Assembly (NCBI GenBank): GCA_964609775.1
Contig: CAZSSJ010000002.1
Coordinates: forward strand, 19,260-83,259
From: an uncultured Gammaproteobacteria bacterium
GTDB lineage: Bacteria > Patescibacteriota > Microgenomatia > JAMCZE01
Length of the DNA: 64,000 nucleotides
Reading direction: 5' to 3'
A program made the translations under genes and the position numbers. Below are positions 1 to 10,103 of the stretch, piece by piece. The notes below the pieces were generated by a model that had not been told where the DNA came from, searched no databases, and was given only the letters and a program-made list of their open reading frames with translations. Positions within the stretch are counted from its first letter, which is position 1. Each line of letters opens with the position of its first letter.

Positions 1-2
1 GG

Positions 3-395
3 GACGTTATCGAACATTTTACCGACCCGGTTTCGGAAATTACAAAAGTTTATCGCACCCTAAAAAAGGGCGGAGTTTTCGCTTTTTCCACCGTCGACCC
101 TGAGAGTCTAACGGCTAAAATTAGGGGGAGTAAGTGGCCCTGGTATATGGAAATGCACCGAGTCTTATTAAGCCGGCCGGTCATTGAACGCTATCTTCGA
201 CAGTCGGGATTTAAAACAGTCTTTTTTAGGTCACATTGGCGTTTTTTTTCGTTAGGTTATGCTGCCACCAGGTGGGAAACTATCAGTCCCACACTTGCTC
301 GAATTTTGACCAGCGCAGTTAAGATTATGCACCTACAGAAAGTCTTAGTGCCGTTTTATGCTAACGATCTCTACGACTGCTATGCGTTTAAGTAG
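3..395 (+). CDS. Class I SAM-dependent methyltransferase, C-terminal fragment (5' end outside window)
   Basis: Frame 3 is open from the window edge to TAG 393-395. The translation DVIEHFTDPVSEITKVYRTLKKGGVFAFSTVDP... is the typical region after motif II/III of Methyltransf_11-type enzymes (xEH..DP, LKxGG). Confidence 0.7.
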   Translation, partial: DVIEHFTDPVSEITKVYRTLKKGGVFAFSTVDPESLTAKIRGSKWPWYMEMHRVLLSRPVIERYLRQSGFKTVFFRSHWRFFSLGYAATRWETISPTLARILTSAVKIMHLQKVLVPFYANDLYDCYAFK

Positions 396-1947
396 CCACC
401 AGCCAAAGCCACTGTCTCTAATTATCCTGGTAACCGTTCTCCTTGCGGCCTTCTTCCTTCGCACCTGGCCGACTCTGAGTGACACCACCCATTTTTCCTT
501 TGATCAGGGCCTGGACATGATCATGGCCAAACTGTTGATCGTCGATCACCAGATCAACTTAATCAGTCGCCACAGTGGACTTCAGGGCGTCTTGATGGGC
601 CCCCTCTGGACTTATTTTCTGGCCACCCCTTTTGCCCTTTCAGGTGGTCACCCCTCCGGCAACGTCATCTTCCTGTCTGTTTTTAATCTGGTCACCTCTG
701 TTCTGGCAACTGTGCTGGTCGGCCGGAAATTCGGCTTGACTGCCGGAGTTGTTACCGGACTTTTTTTTCTGTTCTCACCCTCCTTCATCACCGGTTCTCA
801 AGTAGTCCTTAGTCCTTATCCTCTAATACCCTTATTTATTTTTTTCCCCCTACTTGCCCACGAAACCCTAGTTAACAAAAGCAGTCGTTTCGCCTGGCTT
901 CTCATGCTGCTCTTGGGACTATACTTTCAATTCGAAGTCGGCTTTGCCATTTTTGCCCTTCTCGCTTTTGTTGTCCTTTTTGTTTTTTTCCACTCGTGGT
1001 GGCTTTTTAAAAAGCGGTCATTCTGGGCAGGCTGTGGGCTTTTTGTCTTGACATTTTTGCCCCAGATCCTTTTTGACCTTCGCCACCAATTTCTGATAAC
1101 CAGCGGTTTGTTAGCCTACTTTACTGGCAGTAATACTAGTCTTTACCAGAAGTCAGCTCCACTCATCATTCGCCTCGCTCAGCGATTATATTCATTCTAT
1201 GAAGACGCGACCGCAATGGCATTTTTTGGCCATTGGTCGGTGAATATTGCTCTTCTTCTTCTGGTGGTTTCCGGCTGGATAGTCGCTCTAAAGCATGACG
1301 CAAAAACCCATCGGAAATTTTTGCAAATGATCCTTTTGACATTGGCGTCTTTTTTTATCGGTTTTACCCTTTATCCTGGTCCGATTTGGGGTTGGTATCG
1401 AATTGGCCTACCGGCAATCTACATCTTTCTTGTTTCCATACCAACTGGCGTCCTTTGGCAGAGAATGTATCGTCTTCGGCCGTTAATTCTGATCGTTCTA
1501 ATCGCACTATTTTTGACTGGCGTCAAACCCTGGACTCTCTGGCACCTATATAAAAATCCAGGTGTTGGCGGAGTGGGGACACTCAATAATCAAAAAAAAG
1601 TCATCGACTACGTTTATTCTCAGGCAGAGGGAAAGCCGTTCAACTATCTCGTCTATACCCCGCCGGTCTATGACTACATCTGGCAATATGACTTTTGGTG
1701 GTACGGAAGACAAAAATATGGCTATCTTCCGACAAATTGGCAAATGAGTGTGCCCCTATTGGGAATCGGGGAACAATCCAAACCTCCTGCCACCAAAGAA
1801 CCTTTCTTTCTCATTATTGAGCCAAATACCGACCACCCCGACGAATCCGTCAATTGGAAGAAGACTTTAAAACTAGAGCCAGCAGATTCAAAAGCTACTC
1901 TTCCCGGAGGAATTATCGTCGAAAGTCGGCAAGGCGACAATTTATGA
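382..1947 (+). CDS. Polytopic membrane protein, divergent ArnT/PMT_2-like GT-C candidate
   Basis: ORF 358-1947. ATG 382 (MRLSSHQPKPLSLIILVTVLLAAFFLR) gives a 14-nt overlap with the upstream stop. It has many hydrophobic segments. Its C-terminal soluble tail (FNYLVYTPPVYDYIWQYDFWWYG) resembles the tails of the GT39-like paralogs downstream. Confidence 0.45.
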   Translation: MRLSSHQPKPLSLIILVTVLLAAFFLRTWPTLSDTTHFSFDQGLDMIMAKLLIVDHQINLISRHSGLQGVLMGPLWTYFLATPFALSGGHPSGNVIFLSVFNLVTSVLATVLVGRKFGLTAGVVTGLFFLFSPSFITGSQVVLSPYPLIPLFIFFPLLAHETLVNKSSRFAWLLMLLLGLYFQFEVGFAIFALLAFVVLFVFFHSWWLFKKRSFWAGCGLFVLTFLPQILFDLRHQFLITSGLLAYFTGSNTSLYQKSAPLIIRLAQRLYSFYEDATAMAFFGHWSVNIALLLLVVSGWIVALKHDAKTHRKFLQMILLTLASFFIGFTLYPGPIWGWYRIGLPAIYIFLVSIPTGVLWQRMYRLRPLILIVLIALFLTGVKPWTLWHLYKNPGVGGVGTLNNQKKVIDYVYSQAEGKPFNYLVYTPPVYDYIWQYDFWWYGRQKYGYLPTNWQMSVPLLGIGEQSKPPATKEPFFLIIEPNTDHPDESVNWKKTLKLEPADSKATLPGGIIVESRQGDNL

Positions 1948-4010
1948 TCGGTGACTTCCTGCCACTGCAAACAAATCTTTTACCCTATTGGTTTTTTCCC
2001 TGGAACACTAATTCCTGGTCAGGCTTTACTCCCTTTATTTTCCACAAGGAACTATTAGCTATCGACGCTCTGCGCCAGATTTTTGTCTGGAAAGAATTTG
2101 CTTTTTCCCAAATCAGACTAGGTGGGTGGCCGCTCTGGAATCCCTACAGTTTTTCCGGTCAGCCGCTTTTGGCCAATTTCCAATCCTCGGTTTTCTATCC
2201 GTTGTCTTGGTTTTTTATGTTTCTGCCGCCCATGATTGCCTGGGCGGCTTATGTTTTTAGTCAGCCGCTCCTTTTAGTCACTTTTATGTTCTTCTGGATG
2301 CGACCAAAAGTGGGTGCCGTTGCCGCCCTTTTTGCCGCCCTCGCCCTTGCAACGGCCAGTTTTTTTGCCACCCGCTATTTCTGGGGAGTCTACGTTCATT
2401 CGCTGTTATGGATTCCTCTGGGGTTAGGCCTGATTGACCGCTACAAAGAAGCCAAAATCAAAACATCATCTTTCGTCGCCTCTTTTTCCCTGGTTTGTGT
2501 CTTAACGGTTCTGGGTGGTTATCCTCAGTTTGGCTTGTACGCCATTGCCCTTTTGGGAGCGTACTATTTGTATATTTTTGGCAAAAAGCGCCTGCTCCTC
2601 TTTCTCCTTTCCCTGATTTTGGCCTTGTTAATTTCCGCCGTCCAGTTAATCCCAACAGCCGAACTATACCGCTATTCGCTTCGTGAGGGAACTGCCTCAG
2701 CCCGGACCTTTAGCGATTCCCTCTTGTCTCCGAAATACCTTGCTACCATAGTTTACCCCGACATGTTTGGCAGTCCGGCAGTTAATGACTACACTGGAGG
2801 CAAAGACTACTCTGGTGTCAACGGCTATTTTGGCGTCGTCCCCTTTCTTCTGGCTTCGGGTGCTGCTATTTTCTTACGAAGGGACAGACAAGTTAGGTTT
2901 TGGATCGCCGTTGGAGCATTGGGGCTACTTCTTGCCTACGACAATCCTTTTGCTCGGCTACCTCAGGTGTTGCCCTTGCCCATCATAAGCAGCGGGAATG
3001 CGTGGCACAACCTTTTCTTTTTTCAGTTTGCCGGTGTCGTATTAGCCACAATTCTACTTACCAGGTTACCAAAGAGAGCCATTCTCATCTGTCTCCTGTT
3101 GACAACCTTCTTAGGCTTCTATTATTCACTGAAAGTGTCACCCTTCGGACAGACCAAATATTTTTATCCTCCCCACCCTCTTCTTTCTTGGCTAAGGCAA
3201 AATGCTGGCCTAGATCGGTTTTATGGTTATCGCAGTTCCCACTTTCTTTCTAATCTTTCCACCTACTATCGCATCTATAGTCCCGAGGGCTATGACAGTC
3301 TTTGGCCGTCTTGGTACGGAGAGTTACTTTCCTCCGCTGACAGAGGTAAAGTTCCTCCGGAAGTAAATCGGGCGGATGTCTCCGTGACTGATTGGGACAC
3401 TTCCTACCGGCGTAAATTGCTAAATCTTCTGGGGGTCAAATATTTTTTAGACAAATCTGATAAACCCGGCGGCGACCAAGGTCCAAACCTGGCCAAGTAC
3501 CCGGCCGGGCAATTTGTCTTAAGGAAACAATGGGGAGAAGTGTCCATCTATGAAAACAAAGAGGCCTTGCCGAGAGCTTTTTTGGCAGACGGCGTCATCT
3601 CTGCCCCAAAATCGGAAGTCATCGAGAAAATCTATTCTTTGCCCTCGCTTCGGACCATCATCTTGGATTCACCACCCGGCCTGGGGTCAAAAAAACTGAC
3701 CACCGGATCAGCGAGTATTAAAAAATATCTTCCCAATGAGGTAATCGTGACCACCAATTCCCCTGGTAATTCCCTCCTCTTTTTATCCGATACCTACTTC
3801 CCCGGTTGGGATGCTTTCGTAGACGGCCACAAAGCAAAAATCCTTCGGGCTGACTATGCCTTTCGGGCAGTCCCTGTTCCTCCCGGAAAAAATGAAGTAA
3901 GATTCATATATCAACCAAAATCATTTTTTCTTGGGATTTCTATGAGTTTATTAGGGAGCGCGATCTGGCTATGGCTGTTGTTAAAAAATTTTTTCAAGAA
4001 AACTGGCTAG
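1944..4010 (+). CDS. YfhO-like GT-C membrane glycosyltransferase (paralog 1)
   Basis: ATGA overlap with the upstream stop. Motifs: FFPWN, WPLWNPYSFSGQPLLANFQSSVFYPL, and C-terminal LSDTYFPGWDAFVDGHKAKILRADYAFRAVPVPPG. About 690 aa and polytopic. Confidence 0.6.
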   Translation: MIGDFLPLQTNLLPYWFFPWNTNSWSGFTPFIFHKELLAIDALRQIFVWKEFAFSQIRLGGWPLWNPYSFSGQPLLANFQSSVFYPLSWFFMFLPPMIAWAAYVFSQPLLLVTFMFFWMRPKVGAVAALFAALALATASFFATRYFWGVYVHSLLWIPLGLGLIDRYKEAKIKTSSFVASFSLVCVLTVLGGYPQFGLYAIALLGAYYLYIFGKKRLLLFLLSLILALLISAVQLIPTAELYRYSLREGTASARTFSDSLLSPKYLATIVYPDMFGSPAVNDYTGGKDYSGVNGYFGVVPFLLASGAAIFLRRDRQVRFWIAVGALGLLLAYDNPFARLPQVLPLPIISSGNAWHNLFFFQFAGVVLATILLTRLPKRAILICLLLTTFLGFYYSLKVSPFGQTKYFYPPHPLLSWLRQNAGLDRFYGYRSSHFLSNLSTYYRIYSPEGYDSLWPSWYGELLSSADRGKVPPEVNRADVSVTDWDTSYRRKLLNLLGVKYFLDKSDKPGGDQGPNLAKYPAGQFVLRKQWGEVSIYENKEALPRAFLADGVISAPKSEVIEKIYSLPSLRTIILDSPPGLGSKKLTTGSASIKKYLPNEVIVTTNSPGNSLLFLSDTYFPGWDAFVDGHKAKILRADYAFRAVPVPPGKNEVRFIYQPKSFFLGISMSLLGSAIWLWLLLKNFFKKTG

Positions 4011-6325
4011 TCATCTTTGCTCTGGGTGTCTCCAATCTTGTTTCTTTTTGGCAATTCTACCTTAAGGGTTTGTTACCCTTTCCCGGGGACCTTCTAGTTT
4101 CCTTTTTCTTTCCTTGGAACTCTGGAGGGTTTGTGGGCTTTGATTCCTGGACCACCCACAAGGAATACATCGCCTCCGACGCTCTCCGTGCCCTTTTCCC
4201 CTGGAAGGTCGAAGTCATCCGTCAATTCTTAAGCGGCAATTTTCCTTTGTGGAACCCCTTCAACTTTGCTGGTACACCGCTTCTGGCTGATTTCCAGTCC
4301 GGAGCCTTTTTTCCCACTAATCTTCTTTACGCCTTTCTGCCTCCTCTCACCGTCTGGATTCTCCAAGTGCTAGTTCTCTTGAGTCTGTTTGCCTTTTTTT
4401 CCTATCTGTTCCTGCGTGCCCTCAAACTCTCACCACTTGCCAGTGCTTTTGGAGCTGTTGTTTTGTCGAATTTACCCTATTTGGTCAACTGGCACGAGAT
4501 CCTCGTCGTGACGCAAAGTGCCCTCTTCTTGCCTCTGGATTTGTACCTACTTGAGAAATTTGCTCAAACAAAAAAAACTATTTATCTTTTTTTTCTGCCC
4601 CTTTTTTTGGCCTTCGCAATTTTTGCTGGCCATCCCCAGACAATCATTATGGTCTTCTTTCTCATCGGAAGTTATGCTCTTTTCCGCCGCTTGTCTTTGG
4701 GCAGAATTTTCCTAATTTTCGTAATCTCACTTCTTTTGGGTGCTGTCCAGTTGTTGCCGTCCTGGCAGTTTTATGAATTCTCGGCCCGGGAAGCAGGAGA
4801 CACGGCTAAACTTTTCCTTGACCACCTCTTCCCGTGGCGAAACGTAATAACCGCCCTAGCTCCGGATTTCTTTGGCAATCCGGTGACCGGAAACTTTTGG
4901 GGGTGGGATTATCACAACTCTCTTGCTTATATTGGTGTGACCGCTTTGTTCCTGGCCCTGTTTTCGTTCTTTTGGCAGTCCAGGAGAAGAGAGGTTGGCT
5001 TTTTTGCCCTGCTGGCACTTATTGGCTTGTTGCTGGCCACCTCTCCACTGGCCAACATTTTTCTCTTCTTTAAAATCCCGATTCTCTCCACCGGCATTGC
5101 CGCCAGGAATATTTTTTTCTGGCAGTTTTCTTTGGGAGTTCTCTCCGCTTTTGGTTTGGACTATCTCCTAAATAAGGTCCGACAAAGCAGGTCTCGGTGG
5201 CATTTTGCCCCCCTAATATTTCTTCTAGTTTTATATCTACTGCTTTGGGTTGTTGTCCTCACAAGCTCTTCCCCGGAGTTTCTTATAAGTCGCCATAATC
5301 TGATTCTCCCCACGGCCATCTTTATCCTGACAGCCATCCTGATTCTCGGCGTCATTGTCCAGCCAAAAATAGGAAAATATCTTCTCTTTGTGCTTTTAGC
5401 ATTGGCAATCTTTGAACAGGGGCGCTATTTTAATAAAATCGAACCCTTCGCTAGCCCCGCCTTTGTCTTTCCCGACCACCCGGTCCTGACTTTTTTGCAG
5501 GAAAATGCCGGAACCAACCGCTTTATCGGAGCAGGGACAGCCAAAATTGATAGCAACTTTGCCACCTACTACCGCATTTTTGACCCCCAGGGCTATGACC
5601 CACTCTATCTTCTTCGCTATGGCCAGCTGCTCGCGGCCTCAAAAAATGGCGGTAAAAAAGCGCCTGTCATCTCCCGGGCTGATGCGATGATCGCCAATTT
5701 GGACCGAAATGATGGCTTTAAAGACCGCTTACTCGATATTTTGGGAGTCAAATACGTCCTCGATAATGAAAATATGTCTGTCGCCAGAGACTGGGAACCG
5801 GGGACTCTTGAGACTGCAAACAACCGCCATCTGCTTGTTTGGCAGCAAGAGAACAAGTGGAAAATTTACGAGCGACAAACCGCCCTCCCCCGAACCTTTT
5901 TGGCCGGAAGCTATGAAGTTGCCTCCTCTGATGAGGCAATTTTGGCACGTCTCTTTGATCCAGACTTTGCTGCTCAAGACAAAATTATCTTGGAAAAAGA
6001 TCCCGGTTTTCCAATCACCAATCAAGGCTCTGCCGAGGCAGTAATCACTCATTATTCTCCCAATACCGTCACGATTCAGACCCGTTCCGACCACCCTCGG
6101 CTGCTTTTTCTTTCGGATAATTACTATCACGGTTGGCTAGCAACCCTTGACGGCCAAAAGGCGGAGATTTTTCGGGCTAACTACACTTTTCGCGCCGTTG
6201 CCGCCCCTTCCGGATCGCACGTGGTGGAATTTAGATATAGTCCGGAGTCATTTCGCCTTGGACTAGTTGTCAGCGTTCTGGGTTTGCTGCTATGGCTAAA
6301 ATTTTTGCGACCAACAAGAAGCTAA
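3971..6325 (+). CDS. YfhO-like GT-C membrane glycosyltransferase (paralog 2)
   Basis: 784-aa ORF. Motifs: FPGDLLVSFFFPWNSGGF, FPLWNPFNFAGTPLLADFQSGAFFP, and C-terminal LSDNYYHGWLATLDGQKAEIFRANYTFRAV. Overlaps the upstream gene by 40 nt. Confidence 0.6.
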   Translation: MAVVKKFFQENWLVIFALGVSNLVSFWQFYLKGLLPFPGDLLVSFFFPWNSGGFVGFDSWTTHKEYIASDALRALFPWKVEVIRQFLSGNFPLWNPFNFAGTPLLADFQSGAFFPTNLLYAFLPPLTVWILQVLVLLSLFAFFSYLFLRALKLSPLASAFGAVVLSNLPYLVNWHEILVVTQSALFLPLDLYLLEKFAQTKKTIYLFFLPLFLAFAIFAGHPQTIIMVFFLIGSYALFRRLSLGRIFLIFVISLLLGAVQLLPSWQFYEFSAREAGDTAKLFLDHLFPWRNVITALAPDFFGNPVTGNFWGWDYHNSLAYIGVTALFLALFSFFWQSRRREVGFFALLALIGLLLATSPLANIFLFFKIPILSTGIAARNIFFWQFSLGVLSAFGLDYLLNKVRQSRSRWHFAPLIFLLVLYLLLWVVVLTSSSPEFLISRHNLILPTAIFILTAILILGVIVQPKIGKYLLFVLLALAIFEQGRYFNKIEPFASPAFVFPDHPVLTFLQENAGTNRFIGAGTAKIDSNFATYYRIFDPQGYDPLYLLRYGQLLAASKNGGKKAPVISRADAMIANLDRNDGFKDRLLDILGVKYVLDNENMSVARDWEPGTLETANNRHLLVWQQENKWKIYERQTALPRTFLAGSYEVASSDEAILARLFDPDFAAQDKIILEKDPGFPITNQGSAEAVITHYSPNTVTIQTRSDHPRLLFLSDNYYHGWLATLDGQKAEIFRANYTFRAVAAPSGSHVVEFRYSPESFRLGLVVSVLGLLLWLKFLRPTRS

Positions 6326-8616
6326 TTCTGGTTTTCCTGTGCCTGTTAGCGGCCAATGTTGCAATTTTCTGGCAGTTCTATTTTCGTGGACTTTTGCCCT
6401 TTCCCGGCGATCTACTGGTGTCATTTTTCTTTCCCTGGAACTCTGGCGGCTTTGCCAATTTTGATCAGTGGACCACTCACAAAGAAGTCATCGCCGCCGA
6501 TGTCATTCGGCAAATGTATCCTTGGAAAGCCCTCCTAGTCAACGCCGTAAAGAACGGCACCTGGCCTCTGTGGAACCCCTACAATTTTTCTGGAACTCCG
6601 CTTCTGGCTAATCTTCAGTCATCCGTTTTCTTTCCGGCCAATGTTGTTTTTCTCTTTTTGCCCCGGCTTGTTTCCTGGATCAGTCTCGTCATTTTTCTCC
6701 CCCTCATTTTTTCCATTTTTTGCTATCTCTTTTTACGCTCTTTAAACATTAGCCGGCTCGCCAGTCTCCTCGGAGCAATCATCCTGTCAAATATTTCTTA
6801 TTTGCTCGTCTGGTCAGAGCAATTGGTCTTTATTCAAAGTGTTCTTTTCCTGCCACTCTCCCTGTTGCTAATTAATTATTATTCAGTTTCAAAAAAACCA
6901 CTTCTTCTCCTCCTTTTGCCCCTAACCTTATCTTTTGCCGTTTTTGGCGGTCACATCCAAACAGTTGTCTATGTTTGTGTTGTGGTAACTTTATATGCCC
7001 TTTTCCGCCGCCTGCCAATCAAATACCTTTTTATCATCGCTCTTTCGACCATAGGCCTGTCATCACTACAACTTCTTCCTTCTCTCGAACTGTATCTCTA
7101 TTCAGCTCGCGAGGGAAATGCCTCTGCCCAGTTGTTTCTTGAATCTGTCCTTCCGATCCAAAATCTCGCCACCATTCTTGCTCCGGATTTCTTCGGCAAC
7201 CCCGCCACCGGCAATTTTTTCGGCTCTGACTATGGCAATAATCAGGTCTATTTCGGAGTATTGGCAGCATTTTTTTCCGTCGTTGGACTTTATTACGGAC
7301 TGAAGGGAAAAAAGAGTTTGACGCTTTTTTTTGCTCTCGTTGGCCTAGGAGGTCTGGTGTTTTCTCTAGATCCTTTTGCTCGCTTGTTTCTTGTTTTTAA
7401 AATCCCGGTTCTTTCTTCAGCGGTCGCTGCCCGAGGAATTTTCATTTTTCAATTTTGTTTTGCCGTCGTGGCCGCTTTGGGAATTGATCAATTTCTGGCA
7501 AACACAAGGAAACGAGCAATAATTACTATTTTTTTCCTCTTTCTCGGCTTCTACCTGCTCCTATATTTTTCCACCAAGTTAATTCCCAATCACGCCACTA
7601 TTGCTCAAAAGAACCTAGTTCTGCCCTTGCTGGTCCTACTTTCCACTGGTGTGACCGCCTTTCTCTCCCGTTTTCGAAGGCAAGCAGCCGTTGTTCTCAT
7701 TCTAATTGCCACTTTGGAATATGCTTATTTTTTCAACAAATTTGCCCCCTTCGCCAGGAGAGAGTTTGTCTTTCCTGGGCATCCGGTTTTCAATTTTTTG
7801 ACGACGCGGGCGGAAGTTGACCGGTTTTACGGCTTCGGGACAGCCTATGTTGACAATAATTTTGCCTCCTACTACCGCGTCTTTTCCGCCGAGGGCTATG
7901 ACTCGCTATATATCAAGCGCTATGGTGAACTTCTCGCCTCCACCAAAAACGGCCAACTTCCCCCAGATGTTCCCCGTTCTGACGCCCTCTTTACAAGTCA
8001 AGACAACGTCTTCCGTAACCGGCTCTTTGATCTTTTAGGCGTCAAGTATATCCTTGATAAAAATGATAATCCCCAGTCAAATTGGGAACCGGAGAATGAC
8101 AAATTCCCCGAGGAGCGCTATAAGCTTGTCTGGCAGAAACTGAAATGGAAAGCCTATGAGAGAAAAACCGCCTTGCCTCGGGTATTTCTCGCCGATTCAT
8201 TCCTCGTTACCAATTCCGACCAGCTGATATTGTCAAAAATGTTTGACCCCCGATTCGATCTGGCAGCCACCGTGATCCTTGAAAAGAACCCCCCTTGGGA
8301 ACTTGCTCCGGGAGGGAAAAGTGAGGCAAAAATGAGCAACTACCGGGAAAACATGGTTGTCATTGAGACACAAGCTGACAAACCCAAAGCACTTTTCTTA
8401 TCAGATACCTACTACCCCGGTTGGAAAGCTACTCTTGATGGAAAACCAATAGATATCTATCGAGCCGATTATATTTTTAGATCCGTCATGGTTCCGTCTG
8501 GAAAACATACTGTCATTTTTAACTACGATCCTGAAACTTTTAAATTTGGGCTTGCCCTTTCAGGATTATCAGCCGCTCTTCTCTTGATAACCATCTTGCG
8601 AAAATCGCATCCATGA
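6292..8616 (+). CDS. YfhO-like GT-C membrane glycosyltransferase (paralog 3)
   Basis: 774-aa ORF. Its N-terminus is nearly identical to paralog 2 (FPGDLLVSFFFPWNSGGF). Also has WPLWNPYNFSGTPLLANLQSSVFFP and C-terminal LSDTYYPGWKATLDGKPIDIYRADYIFRSV. Confidence 0.6.
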   Translation: MAKIFATNKKLILVFLCLLAANVAIFWQFYFRGLLPFPGDLLVSFFFPWNSGGFANFDQWTTHKEVIAADVIRQMYPWKALLVNAVKNGTWPLWNPYNFSGTPLLANLQSSVFFPANVVFLFLPRLVSWISLVIFLPLIFSIFCYLFLRSLNISRLASLLGAIILSNISYLLVWSEQLVFIQSVLFLPLSLLLINYYSVSKKPLLLLLLPLTLSFAVFGGHIQTVVYVCVVVTLYALFRRLPIKYLFIIALSTIGLSSLQLLPSLELYLYSAREGNASAQLFLESVLPIQNLATILAPDFFGNPATGNFFGSDYGNNQVYFGVLAAFFSVVGLYYGLKGKKSLTLFFALVGLGGLVFSLDPFARLFLVFKIPVLSSAVAARGIFIFQFCFAVVAALGIDQFLANTRKRAIITIFFLFLGFYLLLYFSTKLIPNHATIAQKNLVLPLLVLLSTGVTAFLSRFRRQAAVVLILIATLEYAYFFNKFAPFARREFVFPGHPVFNFLTTRAEVDRFYGFGTAYVDNNFASYYRVFSAEGYDSLYIKRYGELLASTKNGQLPPDVPRSDALFTSQDNVFRNRLFDLLGVKYILDKNDNPQSNWEPENDKFPEERYKLVWQKLKWKAYERKTALPRVFLADSFLVTNSDQLILSKMFDPRFDLAATVILEKNPPWELAPGGKSEAKMSNYRENMVVIETQADKPKALFLSDTYYPGWKATLDGKPIDIYRADYIFRSVMVPSGKHTVIFNYDPETFKFGLALSGLSAALLLITILRKSHP

Positions 8617-10103
8617 CCAAAAATACTTTCTTTTTTCTCATTATCCTCCTCCTCCTGCTCATCCCCATTGTCGTCCCTCTTGTCCAGCCCGGTTTCTTTG
8701 TCTCTGATGATGGCGACTGGATGGTTATCAGGCTATCCGCTTTCCACGAAACCCTCAAAACCGGCCAGTTCCCGGTTCGCTTTTTAGAAAGGCTCAATCA
8801 TGGCTACGGCTACCCGGTGACTGACTTTCTTTATCCTCTACCTTTCTATTTGGGAGAAATAATCCATCTCCTGGGCTTCAATTTTGTCGATTCAGTAAAA
8901 ATTCTTTTTGGCATGAGTTTTCTTCTCGGGGCTTTTTCCATGTTTTTCTACGCCAAAGATAAGTGGGGGAATCAGATAGGAATTATTGCTGCCGTTTTTT
9001 ACACTTATTTTCCCTACCGAATTTTTGACGTCTACAAACGTGGCTCGCTGGGAGAATCAGTCGCTTTTGTCTTTATCCCTCTGGTCTTTCTTTTTTATGA
9101 CCGCTTAGTCACCACCAAAAATCTAATATATCTTTCGTTTGGCGCTCTAGCCACAGCAGCCATGATAACCTCTCACAATACCGTTGCTTTTCTTACGTTA
9201 CTTGTCCTCATCGCATATATAACTACTAATCTTTTCTCAAAGACCGAAAAAAAATGGCTAATACTGTCCTCTATGTCTTATCTTGGTCTCTCTTTGACTC
9301 TTTCCGCCTTTTTTGTTATTCCGGCCCTTGTTGACCTCCAGTTCACTAAGACAAGGTTAATCACAATTTCTGATCCAACACGGTTCTTTCTTTCGTTAGA
9401 CAATCTTTTAAGTCTAGCCGGCATCCCAATAATGTTGATCACCGGTGCAGCCATACACCTAATTCGTAAGGGATCACGCGGGGTGGTATTTTGGACAGCT
9501 ATATCAATAGTCTCAATCCTGATGGCCATGTCCGTTTCTGATGTCCTTTGGGCAAATCTATCGTCACTTTCTAAACTAGTCCAATTTCCTTGGCGCTTTC
9601 TTTCGATTACGGCTCTAGCCGGAGCAATCTTAACCGGATTTTTGTTAAGCCACTACAGAATCAAGATATTATTCCCCCTCCTCATAATCTTGCCTGTCAT
9701 TTTCTCAGGAATATTGACACTAAAAATAGACAGAACTTTTCACCCAGAAAGCTATTACACTACCAACGACGACAGCACTACTGTCAAGAACGAATATATG
9801 CCCATTTGGGTAAAAAAAGACCCCACCAACCTTCCTAAGGAAAAAATTGCCTGGATAGACTCAAATCTTGTTCGAGTCAACACTGTATACTTCCCCGGTT
9901 GGGCAGCCTATGTCAATGGGCAAGAAAGGGAAATAATCTACCAGGACGATGGCCTAATCAAATTCGCTGCCCGACCAGACGACAAAATTGAACTTCGCTT
10001 TGAAGAAACTCCACTGCGGGCGGAAGCTAACCTTGTCACCATTTTGGGAATCTTCCTGGCCTTGGCTTTAATACTTTTGCCCCCCAAAAGTCAAATCACA
10101 TGA
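8613..10103 (+). CDS. PTPS-related-type polytopic membrane protein (GT-C candidate), paralog 1
   Basis: ATGA overlap. The N-terminal loop SDDGDWMVIRLSAFHETLKTGQFPVRFLERLNHGYGYPVTDFLYPLPFYLGE matches my recollection of the PF10131 family. C-terminal VYFPGWAAYVNGQE. Confidence 0.5.
   Translation: MTKNTFFFLIILLLLLIPIVVPLVQPGFFVSDDGDWMVIRLSAFHETLKTGQFPVRFLERLNHGYGYPVTDFLYPLPFYLGEIIHLLGFNFVDSVKILFGMSFLLGAFSMFFYAKDKWGNQIGIIAAVFYTYFPYRIFDVYKRGSLGESVAFVFIPLVFLFYDRLVTTKNLIYLSFGALATAAMITSHNTVAFLTLLVLIAYITTNLFSKTEKKWLILSSMSYLGLSLTLSAFFVIPALVDLQFTKTRLITISDPTRFFLSLDNLLSLAGIPIMLITGAAIHLIRKGSRGVVFWTAISIVSILMAMSVSDVLWANLSSLSKLVQFPWRFLSITALAGAILTGFLLSHYRIKILFPLLIILPVIFSGILTLKIDRTFHPESYYTTNDDSTTVKNEYMPIWVKKDPTNLPKEKIAWIDSNLVRVNTVYFPGWAAYVNGQEREIIYQDDGLIKFAARPDDKIELRFEETPLRAEANLVTILGIFLALALILLPPKSQIT

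Noticed and set aside
1854-1943. N-terminal extension of the first YfhO-like ORF (MEEDFKTRASRFKSYSSRRNYRRKSARRQF).
   Set aside because: It lies wholly inside the upstream CDS and is basic low-complexity sequence. ATG 1944 gives the canonical ATGA coupling and an N-terminus matching the paralogs.
4570-4608. A8, T8 and T7 homopolymers clustered within 40 nt of YfhO-like paralog 2.
   Set aside because: A/T runs of 7-8 occur many times across this window (e.g. 20351, 25371, 33351, 46699, 51299, 53650) and encode Lys or Phe runs. There is nothing specific to this site.
8645-8656. (CCT)x4 trinucleotide repeat.
   Set aside because: It is an in-frame Leu run in the N-terminal TM helix (LLLLL). As a triplet repeat it does not break the frame and is short.
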